Below are positions 1 through 13,390 of a stretch of DNA of 64,000 nucleotides, piece after piece. This DNA comes from an uncultured Bacillota bacterium. GTDB lineage: Bacteria; Bacillota; DTU025; MWDF01. Below the pieces are notes generated by a model. The model was not told where the DNA came from, made no database searches, and saw only the letters and a program-made list of their open reading frames with translations. A program made the translations under genes and the position numbers. The first letter of the stretch is position 1, and the number at the start of each line of letters is the position of its first letter. The stretch covers positions 416,001-480,000 of the forward strand of contig CAWGMK010000010.1 in NCBI GenBank assembly GCA_963823655.1. The letters are read 5' to 3'.

Positions 1-2893
<2,893 letters not shown>

Positions 2894-2919
2894 AAGCCGG
2901 CGCGAAGGAGGCAGGACTA

Positions 2920-4171
2920 ATGAAAGCTTTCAGGAACGCGACTCTAATGGCATTGATTGCGGCCATGATCCTAAGCATCGGAGCGGCCGCGGGCTCGGCA
3001 CCGAATGTAAACAGCATAATAATCAACCCCAACCCGCCTTACCAGTCGAGCATCTGGTCGGACAGGGCGAACTATTCCATAGGGGATAAGATCGGCATCG
3101 GCTTCAGGGTCAACAAGGATTCCTACGCCTATGTGTTCTCGATAGACGCAACCGGGGTTGTAAGGCTCATATTCCCGAACATTTACTCGTCGGACAACAA
3201 GGTTAAGGCGAACAGGGCCTATTCCCTGCCCGACAACAACAAGTACAATTTCACGATCGGCGGCCCTGCGGGCACTGACCAGCTGGTGCTCATAAGCACC
3301 CCCAACAAGATAGATGACACGGACTGGCTGAGAAGGTCCCTGCAGCAGAACAGCTTCGCCCCGCAGGTGAACATCAATATTGCGGCGGACGGCTTCATGG
3401 CGCAGATCAAGAGCGTGATTATCACCCCTGTTTTCAAGAATGAGTGGTCCAGCGCTTATGCCACATATACAGTGGGCGGATGGGTCAACATCCCGACGCC
3501 GGTGACGCCTCCCGTAGTTGTGGTGCCGCCTGTTGTGGTAAACCCGCCAGTTATAGTGAACCCTCCGGTTATCAACCCGGTATTGCTGTACGGCAGGATC
3601 AATGTCTCGACTAACCCGGCGGGCGCAAAGGTATACCTTAACGGCGTGGACCAGGGCAGCAGCCCTTCAAGCATCGCGAACCTCAGGTTCGGCGAATATG
3701 AAGTGACTGTCGTATATCCCGGCTACTACACCGCCACCAGGCGCGTACAGGTAAACGGGACTGCAACGCAAAGCGTCGCAATCACCATGGACCGCATTGT
3801 AGACAGGGCCGCGGGAACTGCAGTGTTCACTAAGCTTGTGGACATGGGCTGGCCTTCCTCAGGGCCTGTTACACGAAGTCTTCTCGTACTACGGCTACAA
3901 CGGCAGCATCAACTTGAGGGCCGACGTGATACTGGGCATGATCTCAAGGATACAGGCCACGGCAACCGTACAGGGCCAGTCGGTGCAGTTCGCGGAGCTG
4001 ACGGGCTCAGGCCAGGATGCAGCTTATGCCGGCAAGGTAGTGGAGTATCTTTTCAGGCCCTTTACCATAAGGCTTACGGTCGTTAGCGTAAACAATGTGA
4101 CAGGTTCGCTTACAGGCGCAAGCTACATCGAATCGATCAAGCTCTACATAGAGGTGTTCTACGTAGGCTAG
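2920..4171 (+). CDS. Secreted DUF4384-like domain + Pro/Val linker + PEGA domain protein (frameshift near 3870)
   Basis: Signal peptide; DUF4384-like YSIGDKIGIGFRVNKDSYAYVFSIDATGVVRLIFPN; PEGA-like GRINVSTNPAGAKVYLNG; C-terminus continues in ORF 3836..4171. Confidence 0.8.
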
Positions 4172-4201
4172 CCTTGATGGCAACTAAGAGCATGGATATT
4201 G

Positions 4202-4230
4202 GCGGCGGGGGGATGCCCTCCGCCGCTTTT
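4202..4230 (+). terminator. Intrinsic terminator
   Basis: GCGGCGGGGG...CCTCCGCCGC followed by TTTT. Confidence 0.75.
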
Positions 4231-4239
4231 CCCGCTTCT

Positions 4240-4269
4240 TTTACAGGAAATCGGCCAAGTTGCTATAAT
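4240..4269 (+). promoter_or_regulatory. SigA-type promoter of asnS
   Basis: TTTACA-N18-TATAAT with extended -10 TG. Confidence 0.7.
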
Positions 4270-4306
4270 ATAGTATTAGCTGCATGAAAAACAGGAGGTG
4301 GGCCGC

Positions 4307-5602
4307 ATGGCCTCATTGGCCACAATAGCGGGAATCGGGAGGTTCCAGGATCAAGAAGTAGAACTCAGAGGCTGGCTTTACAACAAAAGATCCAGCGGAA
4401 AGATCCATTTCCTCGAGCTCAGGGACGGAACAGGCTTCATACAGTGCGTAGTGGTCAAAGGCGAAGTAACCGACGAGGTCTTCGAGGCCGCAGGATCGCT
4501 TACGCAAGAATCGTCTTTCAAACTGATCGGCCGCGTGAGGGCCGATGCTAGGGCGAAGGGCGGCTTCGAGGTAACTGTAAGCTCACTCACGGTGTTCCAG
4601 ATAGCACAGGACTATCCGATTACGCCCAAAGAGCACGGCACGGACTTCCTGATGGACAACCGCCACCTTTGGATTAGGCATAAGAGGCAGCACGCGCTGC
4701 TTACTATAAGGCATGAGGTAATTGCCTCTGCCCAGCAATTCCTGAACGAAAACGGTTTCTTGAGGATAGACTCGCCGATTTTGACGCCGGCGGCCTGCGA
4801 GGGCACGACGACGCTCTTTGAAACCGAGTATTTCGAGGAGAAGGCATACCTGAGCCAGTCCGGCCAGCTCTATAACGAGGCGGACGCCATGGCTTTCGGC
4901 AAAGTATACTGCTTCGGCCCGACTTTCAGGGCCGAGAAGTCGAAGACCAGGAGGCATTTGATCGAATTCTGGATGCTCGAGCCGGAGATGGCATGGTGCG
5001 ACCAGGAGGAGAACCAGCAGGTGCAGGAGCAGCTGGTCTCGTTCATCGTACAGAAAGTTGTCGAGAAGAGAAGGCCGGAACTTGAACTGCTGGAAAGGGA
5101 TATCAAGAAGCTTGAGAACATCAAGCCGCCTTTCCCCAGGCTGTCCTATGACGACGCGATAGCCATGCTTAAGGCGGAAGGGCACGAAGTCCAGTGGGGC
5201 GACGATTTCGGGGCCCCGGACGAGACTTTGATCTCGAACAAGTTCGACAGGCCGGTGTTCGTGACCAATTACCCGACCTCGATAAAGGCATTCTACATGC
5301 AGCCCGCCCCGGGCAGGCCCGAGGTTGTGAAATGCGCTGACATGCTGGCGCCGGAAGGCTACGGCGAGATAATCGGCGGCAGCGAGAGGATACATGATCC
5401 GGCGCTTATGCAGGAGCGTATGAGGCAACATAGCCTGAGCGATGAAGCTTATGGCTGGTATATGCAGCTTAGGAAGTACGGCACGGTGCCTCATTCCGGT
5501 TTCGGAATAGGCATCGAAAGGACTGTCGCGTGGATTACGGGCTCCGAGCACATCAGGGAGATGATAGCGTTCCCCAGGCTTTTAAACAGGCTGCGCCCGT
5601 AA
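4307..5602 (+). CDS. asnS: Asparagine--tRNA ligase
   Basis: [63 protein letters not shown]; RBS AGGAGG before ATG 4307. Confidence 0.97.
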   Translation: MASLATIAGIGRFQDQEVELRGWLYNKRSSGKIHFLELRDGTGFIQCVVVKGEVTDEVFEAAGSLTQESSFKLIGRVRADARAKGGFEVTVSSLTVFQIAQDYPITPKEHGTDFLMDNRHLWIRHKRQHALLTIRHEVIASAQQFLNENGFLRIDSPILTPAACEGTTTLFETEYFEEKAYLSQSGQLYNEADAMAFGKVYCFGPTFRAEKSKTRRHLIEFWMLEPEMAWCDQEENQQVQEQLVSFIVQKVVEKRRPELELLERDIKKLENIKPPFPRLSYDDAIAMLKAEGHEVQWGDDFGAPDETLISNKFDRPVFVTNYPTSIKAFYMQPAPGRPEVVKCADMLAPEGYGEIIGGSERIHDPALMQERMRQHSLSDEAYGWYMQLRKYGTVPHSGFGIGIERTVAWITGSEHIREMIAFPRLLNRLRP

Positions 5603-5619
5603 ATTCCTGACGGCGAGGC

Positions 5620-5647
5620 GAACCAAACGTCTCTGTCGTCGTCTAAT
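5620..5647 (+). promoter_or_regulatory. ECF sigma-type promoter of the giant surface-protein gene
   Basis: GAAC-N16-CGTCTAAT matches the generic ECF AAC-N16-CGT(C) pattern. Confidence 0.6.
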
Positions 5648-5685
5648 TATTGAATTGGACAAATCAATCTAAGGGGGGATAGACC

Positions 5686-8600
5686 ATGCGTACTAGAAGG
5701 CCGATGGCACTTATAGTCACAGCTGTTGTCGTCTTCACATTGTTCATCGGTGCAGGCTCGGCGATGGCGCAGATAAGCACACATCTGCAAAATGGCGAGA
5801 GATTTATAACCGAGGGCAATTGGGCATCAGCAGTTATTGAGTTCAGGAATGCCCTGAGCTATGAAGCACAGAATACAACGGCCTGGTATGGCCTTGGCAG
5901 AGCCTATGAGGGCCTGTCTGGGGCGAAAGGCGCATTCGATCGGAAGATCGAAGGTCTTACGGGAATCGCCGAGTCAAGCGACTGGGCGCTGACCGCTGAG
6001 GCATCATCCAACCTGAATGAAGCAGTCAAGGCGTTTACGAATGCCGTTTCTAATTTCCCTTCGAACGTTTCGGCCATAGCGCCTTTGGCAAGGGCGCAGT
6101 TCATGCTGGGACGCACGCAGGAGGCGCTGCTTACGCTGGAGAAGGCAATCAGCCCGTTCCAGCTCAACAACGACGCGCTGGCGCATATGCTGTACATCGG
6201 TACGCTTTCCGGCGATGCGCAGAGAGTGGCATACTACGCACAGATAGCAAGGGCCAACCAGCAGGCCATGTCAGATCCTGCGGTCCTGCACGCCCTCTCG
6301 GCCATCGAGTACGCCAAGGGCGACTATAAAGCGGCCGAAGCCATACTGACTCCGCTTATGTACAGATACGACATAGGCTACATTCCGCTTAAGGCCATGG
6401 GAGATGTCTTGCTCGCACAGGGCAGGCCACTGGAAGCGGTCAACTTCTACAGGTACGCGGCCGGCCTAAACGACAAGGCATCCGGCGCGTGGTTAATGTA
6501 TGCGGATATCATGTCCCTGTCAGGGGACGCGGTAAATGCGGCCTCTGCATACAGGTCGGCGTTGCTGGCCAACCCGTCATCTGTCTGGGCCAAGTTCGGC
6601 CTCGCCAGAAGCCTTGCCGAGACCAACGACCCCAACGGGGCGCTGGGGCTTCTAAAAGACATCGTCGAGACGGGCAATGCCGCAAACCTCGACAGCATAT
6701 ATACCTATAAGGGTCAGGTCGAAAGGACCTTGGGCCAGCTGCAGCAGGCAGAGATTTCCCTTAAGTCCGCCCTGGTCCTGAATTCGGCAAACTCAGTAGC
6801 CGCGAACTACCTGAACCTGGTACAAGGCGAGATGCGCACAAGGGGCATGTCCAGCCTTCAGTTCGACGGCGTATCCATACCTGCTTTCGACGGCTTCGTG
6901 ATCAACGGCGGTGCCGCGTTCACGAACAACCGCAAAGTAGTCCTCAATGTCAACACTTCGGCCAGCTATGTGGCCTTCAAGAACGAGAACTCGGACTACT
7001 CCGCGATGAACTTCAAGTTCGGGAGCACCGCCTCGTACGATTGGCTCCTGTCCGACATCGACGGCAAGAAATCCGTTCAGATGAGGACAAGGGAAGGCCT
7101 CTTCTCCGTAGCGAAGGACGGCCCGGTCAAGGAGATAATGCTTGATTCGACCGCCCCGGTGATCTCCTTCAAGGAGACCAAGTTCAGCTCGGGCAACGTC
7201 TTCCTTATGACGCTGCAGGCGACAGACGCTGCGACCGGCATAGGCTCGTTCTGGCTCTCCGTAGACGGCATAGATTGGAAATACTATAGATGGATTGGCG
7301 GCTCGTTCCCCTTCAGTCTGACGAACGTGCCTGCTAACAAGATAGTATCCGGCGCTATAGTAGACGGGGCGGGCAATTTCATGCCCTTCCAGTCCGATCT
7401 CGGCTCGACTGTCCCGGGACCTGTTATCACTAATGTGACAGTACAGGAGACCGGCACGGGCAAAGTCACGGTGAAATGGAACACCGACAGGCTGGCAGAC
7501 AGCTATGTGGAGTATAAGCTCGGCCAGGCCGCCAACACTGTGGGAGCCCCTACATCGACCAAGACCCACAGCGTGGACATCACAGGGCTTGTCACCGGCC
7601 AGACATACCAGTTCAAACCGATTTCCACCGACAGCTACGGCTTAAGGGCCGAAGGGCAGCCGGTAAGCCTTCTGATAAGCATGCCAGCTTCAGGGCCCGT
7701 CATAAGCAACATCAACGTTACCAACGTGTCAGCAAGCGCCGCCACTATCTCATGGACGACGAATGTGGCAGCTTACGGCTATGTGGTTTATACCTCAGCC
7801 GGGCAGCAGTTCACCTCCCAGCAGGTGGGCCCGTCGCAGTCGGCGCAGGTATCGCTTACGGGCTTAACCCAGATAGCCAGCTACCAATACCAGATAGTCG
7901 CCTGGGATGCAGCAGGGCGCCAGTCCTACTCCGACCCCAGGACGTTTACAACGCTCTCATCCGACAGGGTGGCACCCGTAATCTCCACGCTTAGGATCAG
8001 CGGCGGAGTTACGACTACGGGCAACCGCAATGTCGGCATAGAGCTGTTCGCGACCGATGATTCGGGATATGTCACCGAGATGAGCTTCAGGGATGACGCG
8101 ACAAGCTGGGGTGCCTGGCAGACGTACAACTCCTATGCAAGCTTCATCCTCAGCGACAAGGACGGCCAAAGGACGATATACGCAAGGGTAAGGGATACCC
8201 AGGGCAACATATCGGCCGAGGCGTCCGTAAGGGTCACACTGGACAGGACCGCCCCCAAGATCAGCTGGGTCGGCGCCCAGGTTGGCTCAGATATGGCGGA
8301 TGTGACATGGGATACCGATGAGAACGCCAATTCGTGGGTGCTCTTCGGCTCCTCACAATTCTCGCTCAACAGCACCATGGGGCAGGCAGACTCCACAAGG
8401 TCGCATAAGGTGATGCTCACCGGCCTGCTTTCCAATACGACCTACTTCTACAAGGTAATGTCGCGCGATGCGACCGGCAACTCCTCGGAGAGCTCAGTGA
8501 GCTCCTTCAGGACTCAAGCCGCGGTGCAGTCTGACACCAAGGCGCCTACCGGCTCCATCACGATCAATGACAATTCGCAATATACAAGGTCCAGATACCT

Positions 8601-11600
8601 CTACTTGAACTTGTACGCCACCGACGACAGGTCCCAGCAGGGCGAGATACAGTTCAGGGTGGGCGAGGGGACCAGCTCATTCAACATCAGCTGGGGCAGC
8701 TGGCAGCAGTACGCGCAGATGGTGCAGTACACTCTTGCGGCAGGAGACGGCCAGAGGAACATATGGGTCAGCTTCAGAGACGTCGCAGGCAATGTATCGC
8801 AGCCCTACAGCGCAAGCATAATGCTTGATACCAGGACCCCTTCCATAACCGGCCTGCAGGCTTACAACATAACCACGACAAGCGCGGTCATCGGCTTCAG
8901 CACGAACGAGCCCTCGTTCGGTAGCGTGGAGTACGGCACGAGCTCGTTCTCGCTGATCCTGTCCGTGGGAGACGGCGAGGCGAAATCAGCGTCAGTAAGC
9001 TCCGTTGCGCCAAGCTCGGTCATCATAACACCGAACCCCGTCGCGACAAGGCCGGGCATGACCAGTTTCAACGTAAACATCACTGGCCTCAAGGCGAGCA
9101 CAACTTACTATTACAGGGCAGTGGCGACCGACCTTGCCGGCAATACGTCGGTAACCCAGGTCATGAACTTCAGGACACAGGATCCAGTAGTGGCAGATAC
9201 CCAGGCGCCTACGGGGTCAATAAGCATAAATGACGGTTCACAGTACACAAGGTCCAGATATATCTATCTCAACTTGTTCGCGCAGGACAACAGGTCGCAA
9301 CAGGGAGAGCTCCAGTTCAGGATAGGCGAGGGCATTAGCACCTTCAACATCAACTGGGGCAGCTGGCAGCAGTTCAACTCCAAGGTGCTATACACCCTGG
9401 CGGCGGGCGACGGCCAGAGGAACATATGGATTACCTACAGGGATGCTCAAGGCAATGTGTCGCAGCCATACTCGGCCTCTGTAGTCCTGGACACCAGGGC
9501 TCCCGGCATATCGGGCCTGCAGGCATACAATATTACGACGACCTCTGCAATCGTCGGCTTCAATACGAACGAGCCGGCCTTTGCAAGCGTCGAATACGGC
9601 ACATCCTCCTTCTCCTTGAGCCTGGTATCGGGCGAAGGCGATGTGAGATCGGCGTCCATAAGCTCCGTTGAGCCAAGCTCGGTCATAATCACGCCGAATC
9701 CAGTAGCGTCCAGGCCGGGCATGACGAGCTTCAATGTCAACATAACAGGGCTTAAGGCCAACACGACTTACTACTACAGGGCTGTGGCCATGGACATCGC
9801 CGGCAATACGACGGCGTCCCAGGTCATGAGCTTCCAGACGAGCGCGCCTGTGCCGACGGATACGACGGCGCCGGCAGGTACGATCGTGATAAACGACGGC
9901 ACCAACTACACAAGGTCCAGGTACGTCTACTTGAACCTCTCGGCGAATGACAACATCACACAGCAGGCCCAGTTGCAGTTTAGAATCGGCGAGGGAGCCA
10001 ACAGCGTCAACATCAGCTGGGGCAGCTGGCAGCAGTACACATCAAGGGCATCTTATGCGATGACTGCAGGTGACGGCCAGAAGAACATATGGATCACCTA
10101 CAGGGATGCGGCCGGCAACATCTCTCAGCCTGCCGTAGACTCGATAGTCCTCGATACTAGAGCGCCTTCCATAACGAACCTGACGGCGGGCAACATTAGC
10201 CAGAGCTCGGCGGTGGTGAGCTTCAATACCAGCGAGCCGGCCTATGCAAGCGTCGAATACGGCACGTCCTCATTCTCCCTGAGCCTGGTATCCGGAGAGG
10301 GCGACGTGAGGTCCGCATCGATAAGCTCAGTTGAGCCCAGCTCGGTCATAATCACGCCGAACCCGCCGGCAACAAGGCCCGGGATGACGAGCTTCAGCGT
10401 GAACCTCACAGGGCTCAATGCGAATACTACTTACTACTACAGGGCCGTTGCGATGGATATCGCGGGCAACACCACGGCATCCCAGGTAATGAACTTCAGG
10501 ACGGGTGCACCCGTGCCTACCGACAGTACGGCGCCAACGGGTTCGATAAGCATCAACGACGGTACAAGGTACACAAGGTCCAGGTACGTCTACTTGAACC
10601 TGCTCGCACAGGACAACATGACGCAGCAGGCTGCGCTTCAGTACAGGGTGGGCGAGGGGACCAACAGCTCCAACATCGGATGGGGCAGCTGGCAGCAGTT
10701 CTCGGCCAAAGTCGCGTTCACAATGTCCGCGACCAACGGCCAGAAGAACGTGTGGGTAAGCTACATGGATGCTGCCGGTAACACTTCCCAGCCTTACGTG
10801 GCGTCGATAATCCTGGACACCATAGCCCCTTCGATAAGCAACCTGACGGCAAGCGCCATAACGCAGTCATCGGCGACGATCAGCTGGAACACGAACGAAC
10901 CCACGCTCGGCAGCGTAGAGTTCGGGAGCAGCCCGTCATCGCTCAATTCGGTATCGGGAGATGCAAGCGTAAGGTCCGCTGCTGTAAGCTCAGTACAGCC
11001 CAGCACAGTGATAATTACGCCTCAGACAATCTCCTCGAAGACGGGCAATACGTCTTTCAGCCTCAATATCACAGGGCTTACGGCGAATACTACGTACTAC
11101 TACAAGGCCGTTGCAATGGACCTTGCAGGAAACGCCACGGCATCGCAGACGGCAAGCTTCAGGACCTCGTCGATATCGGCGCCCCCTGTTGTGACCCCGC
11201 CTGTCATCACGCCTCCAGTCGTAGTACCGCCCATAGTGCAGCCGCCTGTGGTAACGCCTCCCGTAGTAGTGCCGGGTTCGCCTACGGCTCTGATTAACCT
11301 CGCGGGCAAGTCGCAAGGGGCGAAGGCGGACTCCAACGCATGGAACAGCGGCAATGTAGCGAGCATGGCGAACGACGAGAGCGCATCCTCCTTCTGGGAA
11401 TCCGGCTCGACCCCTGATGATTCAGGTTCCGAGAGGCTAATCATTAATTTCGGCAAGTCCGTCACATTGAATACGGTAATACTGAAAGTCTCAGCCGCTG
11501 GCTATCCGAAGGCCTTCCGCCTGATGGCAGTCCTGAACAACAAGTGGACCCAGGTGGCCGAATTCAAGGACGGCAAGGTCAAGGGCAACACCAACGCACT

Positions 11601-11721
11601 CGAATTGCTCACGTTGAGCTTCAATGCGATAACGACCACATCCATAAGAATTGAGTTCCTCGATGTGGTGAAGAAGGGCGATCTGGTAAGGATATACGAA
11701 ATAGAAGCATATAAGAAGTAA
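5686..11721 (+). CDS. 2011-aa secreted protein: signal peptide, TPR region, alternating Ig-like and FN3 domains, Pro/Val linker, C-terminal discoidin (F5/8 type C)-like domain
   Basis: AMA-Q signal cleavage site; TPR helices (AWYGLGRAY, AKFGLARSL); FN3 signatures (ITGLKANTTYYYRAVA); C-terminal ANDESASSFWES...LIINFGKSVTLNTV. Confidence 0.85.
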   Translation: MRTRRPMALIVTAVVVFTLFIGAGSAMAQISTHLQNGERFITEGNWASAVIEFRNALSYEAQNTTAWYGLGRAYEGLSGAKGAFDRKIEGLTGIAESSDWALTAEASSNLNEAVKAFTNAVSNFPSNVSAIAPLARAQFMLGRTQEALLTLEKAISPFQLNNDALAHMLYIGTLSGDAQRVAYYAQIARANQQAMSDPAVLHALSAIEYAKGDYKAAEAILTPLMYRYDIGYIPLKAMGDVLLAQGRPLEAVNFYRYAAGLNDKASGAWLMYADIMSLSGDAVNAASAYRSALLANPSSVWAKFGLARSLAETNDPNGALGLLKDIVETGNAANLDSIYTYKGQVERTLGQLQQAEISLKSALVLNSANSVAANYLNLVQGEMRTRGMSSLQFDGVSIPAFDGFVINGGAAFTNNRKVVLNVNTSASYVAFKNENSDYSAMNFKFGSTASYDWLLSDIDGKKSVQMRTREGLFSVAKDGPVKEIMLDSTAPVISFKETKFSSGNVFLMTLQATDAATGIGSFWLSVDGIDWKYYRWIGGSFPFSLTNVPANKIVSGAIVDGAGNFMPFQSDLGSTVPGPVITNVTVQETGTGKVTVKWNTDRLADSYVEYKLGQAANTVGAPTSTKTHSVDITGLVTGQTYQFKPISTDSYGLRAEGQPVSLLISMPASGPVISNINVTNVSASAATISWTTNVAAYGYVVYTSAGQQFTSQQVGPSQSAQVSLTGLTQIASYQYQIVAWDAAGRQSYSDPRTFTTLSSDRVAPVISTLRISGGVTTTGNRNVGIELFATDDSGYVTEMSFRDDATSWGAWQTYNSYASFILSDKDGQRTIYARVRDTQGNISAEASVRVTLDRTAPKISWVGAQVGSDMADVTWDTDENANSWVLFGSSQFSLNSTMGQADSTRSHKVMLTGLLSNTTYFYKVMSRDATGNSSESSVSSFRTQAAVQSDTKAPTGSITINDNSQYTRSRYLYLNLYATDDRSQQGEIQFRVGEGTSSFNISWGSWQQYAQMVQYTLAAGDGQRNIWVSFRDVAGNVSQPYSASIMLDTRTPSITGLQAYNITTTSAVIGFSTNEPSFGSVEYGTSSFSLILSVGDGEAKSASVSSVAPSSVIITPNPVATRPGMTSFNVNITGLKASTTYYYRAVATDLAGNTSVTQVMNFRTQDPVVADTQAPTGSISINDGSQYTRSRYIYLNLFAQDNRSQQGELQFRIGEGISTFNINWGSWQQFNSKVLYTLAAGDGQRNIWITYRDAQGNVSQPYSASVVLDTRAPGISGLQAYNITTTSAIVGFNTNEPAFASVEYGTSSFSLSLVSGEGDVRSASISSVEPSSVIITPNPVASRPGMTSFNVNITGLKANTTYYYRAVAMDIAGNTTASQVMSFQTSAPVPTDTTAPAGTIVINDGTNYTRSRYVYLNLSANDNITQQAQLQFRIGEGANSVNISWGSWQQYTSRASYAMTAGDGQKNIWITYRDAAGNISQPAVDSIVLDTRAPSITNLTAGNISQSSAVVSFNTSEPAYASVEYGTSSFSLSLVSGEGDVRSASISSVEPSSVIITPNPPATRPGMTSFSVNLTGLNANTTYYYRAVAMDIAGNTTASQVMNFRTGAPVPTDSTAPTGSISINDGTRYTRSRYVYLNLLAQDNMTQQAALQYRVGEGTNSSNIGWGSWQQFSAKVAFTMSATNGQKNVWVSYMDAAGNTSQPYVASIILDTIAPSISNLTASAITQSSATISWNTNEPTLGSVEFGSSPSSLNSVSGDASVRSAAVSSVQPSTVIITPQTISSKTGNTSFSLNITGLTANTTYYYKAVAMDLAGNATASQTASFRTSSISAPPVVTPPVITPPVVVPPIVQPPVVTPPVVVPGSPTALINLAGKSQGAKADSNAWNSGNVASMANDESASSFWESGSTPDDSGSERLIINFGKSVTLNTVILKVSAAGYPKAFRLMAVLNNKWTQVAEFKDGKVKGNTNALELLTLSFNAITTTSIRIEFLDVVKKGDLVRIYEIEAYKK
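8533..11170 (+). repeat. Four tandem intragenic repeats, period 663 bp (221 aa)
   Basis: Units start with D[TS]xAP[TA]G at 8533, 9196, 9859 and 10522; each contains YTRSRYxYLNL and WGSWQQ. Confidence 0.95.
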
Positions 11722-11739
11722 CTGTATAGACTATGAATG

Positions 11740-11779
11740 GCGCCGCGGGGCGGGAAGCCGTCCCGCGGCGCGTTCCTTT
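11740..11779 (+). terminator. Probable terminator hairpin
   Basis: GCGCCGCGGGGCGG-gaag-CCGTCCCGCGGCGC followed by GTTCCTTT. Confidence 0.65.
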
Positions 11780-11791
11780 GGAGGGTTTACA

Positions 11792-12963
11792 TTGGGAGTC
11801 ATAAAACTTCAAAATGGCAGGGACAAAAGGGTCAGGGCGGGGCATCTCTGGATATTCGACGGTGAGATCGAATTCTATAAAGGACGCCCTTCCGGGAGAC
11901 ATCGCCGAAGTTGTCGGCAGCCACGGAACATTCCTGGGCAAGGCGATGATCAGCGGATCATCGAGCCTGAAAGCGCGCATGATGACGAAGCTCAACGTCG
12001 ATGTCGACGACGCTTTCTATATGAGGGCGCTAAAAAGCTGCATCGCGCACAGGAAGGCCGTGGCAGGGGGCGCATCCTGCTACAGGGCGGTCAACAGCGA
12101 AGGGGACATGCTTCCCGGCCTTATAGTGGACGTATATGAGGACGTATTCGTGCTTCAGGCGACGACTCTGGGAATGGACATGAGGAAGGCCAAGCTTTCG
12201 AGGATGCTTTCGGAGCTTTTGGGGCTAAAGAAGGCCTATGAGCGCAGCGACATGCCGATTTGCAGGTACGAGGGCCTTGAGCCGGTCGCAGGTTTCATAT
12301 CCGAGCCTTTCGACACGAAAGTCAGGATGCACGAAAACGGCATCATGATGGACATTGATGTGGCGACCGGGCAGAAGACGGGCTATTATCTCGACCAGAG
12401 GGAGAACAGGCTCGCCGCCTCCCAGTACACAAACGGCGGGGATGTGCTCGACGCCTTCTGCTACAACGGAAGCTTCGGCCTTTTAGCGGGGCTTAAAGGG
12501 CGCAAGAAGCGTACACTTCCTGGACATGAGCGAGCCGGCCGTCGAACAGGCCAAGGCCAATGCCGCCTTAAACGGGCTTGAGGGGATAAGCAGCTTCAAG
12601 GCCGCGAATGCCTTCGACGAGCTCAACCACCTCGTCAAGGAGGGCGCCTCATACGACCTGGTCATGCTGGATCCGCCTCCTTTCACCAGGAACAAGGAGG
12701 CCATCGAAGGGGCGATACGAGGCTACAAGGAGATCAACCTCAGAGGCATGAAGCTGACAAAGCCAGGAGGCTACCTTGTGACTTCGAGCTGCTCGCAGCA
12801 CATAGGCATCGAGCTTTTCAAGGAAGTCATCGCCATGGCGGCGGCGGACGCCGGAAGGTATCTCCAGCTTGTAGAGTCAAGATCGCAGGCGAGGGATCAT
12901 ACGGTACTGCTTTCGATGACGGAGACCGACTATCTGAAGTGCCTGATATTCAGAGTAATTTAA
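11792..12963 (+). CDS. rlmI: RlmI/RlmK-family SAM-dependent rRNA methyltransferase (frameshifts near 11885 and 12500)
   Basis: PUA-like RVRAGHLWIF, NSEGDMLPGLIVD, GQKTGYYLDQRENR, LDPPPF, LVTSSCS spread across three ORFs. Confidence 0.88.
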
Positions 12964-12998
12964 ATGGGAGGCAGCCCTTCCATTATCGAGCCGCTATA

Positions 12999-13007
12999 TG
13001 TTATAAT
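12999..13007 (+). promoter_or_regulatory. Extended -10 promoter upstream of rpmE
   Basis: TG-T-TATAAT. Confidence 0.5.
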
Positions 13008-13061
13008 CCTTCTTGCTTTATGTCGAAGAGATAACTCCTTCTCTTTGTGGAGGTGTACAGA

Positions 13062-13259
13062 ATGAAGGAAAAGATACATCCAAAGTACAAGTTAACCAAG
13101 GTTACTTGCGCTTGTGGGGAGACTTTCGAGGTAGGATCAACAGCCGAAAACCTCAGAGTCGAGATCTGCTCCAAGTGCCACCCGTTCACTACCGGCGTCC
13201 AGAGAATAGTAGACACCGGCGGCAGGGTGGAGAAGTTCCGCAAAAAGCATAACCTTTAG
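13062..13259 (+). CDS. rpmE: 50S ribosomal protein L31 (Zn-binding type)
   Basis: [29 protein letters not shown]. Confidence 0.98.
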   Translation: MKEKIHPKYKLTKVTCACGETFEVGSTAENLRVEICSKCHPFTTGVQRIVDTGGRVEKFRKKHNL

Positions 13260-13309
13260 CAGTCCGGGCGGAGCCGAAGCTCTGCTTCAGCTTTGCCCAG
13301 ATCGCGAAT

Positions 13310-13351
13310 ATGTCGGAGCCTTGCTATATGCTAAGGCTCCGACATTATTTT
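13310..13351 (+). terminator. Terminator after rpmE
   Basis: Perfect 13-bp inverted repeat ATGTCGGAGCCTT/AAGGCTCCGACAT followed by TATTTT. Confidence 0.7.
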
Positions 13352-13390
13352 ATAATGAGTTGGACAAGCTTTATTTGGGGGTTGTTTCTG

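Noticed and set aside
4172-4306. T-box leader for asnS
   Set aside because: The promoter sits ~35 nt from the start codon, and there is no T-box consensus or room for stem I.
8533-11170. 663-bp repeats as DGR template/variable repeats or as an assembly duplication
   Set aside because: They are in-frame coding units with mostly synonymous differences, no evident adenine-specific pattern and no reverse transcriptase nearby; the copies are too divergent to be a mis-assembly.
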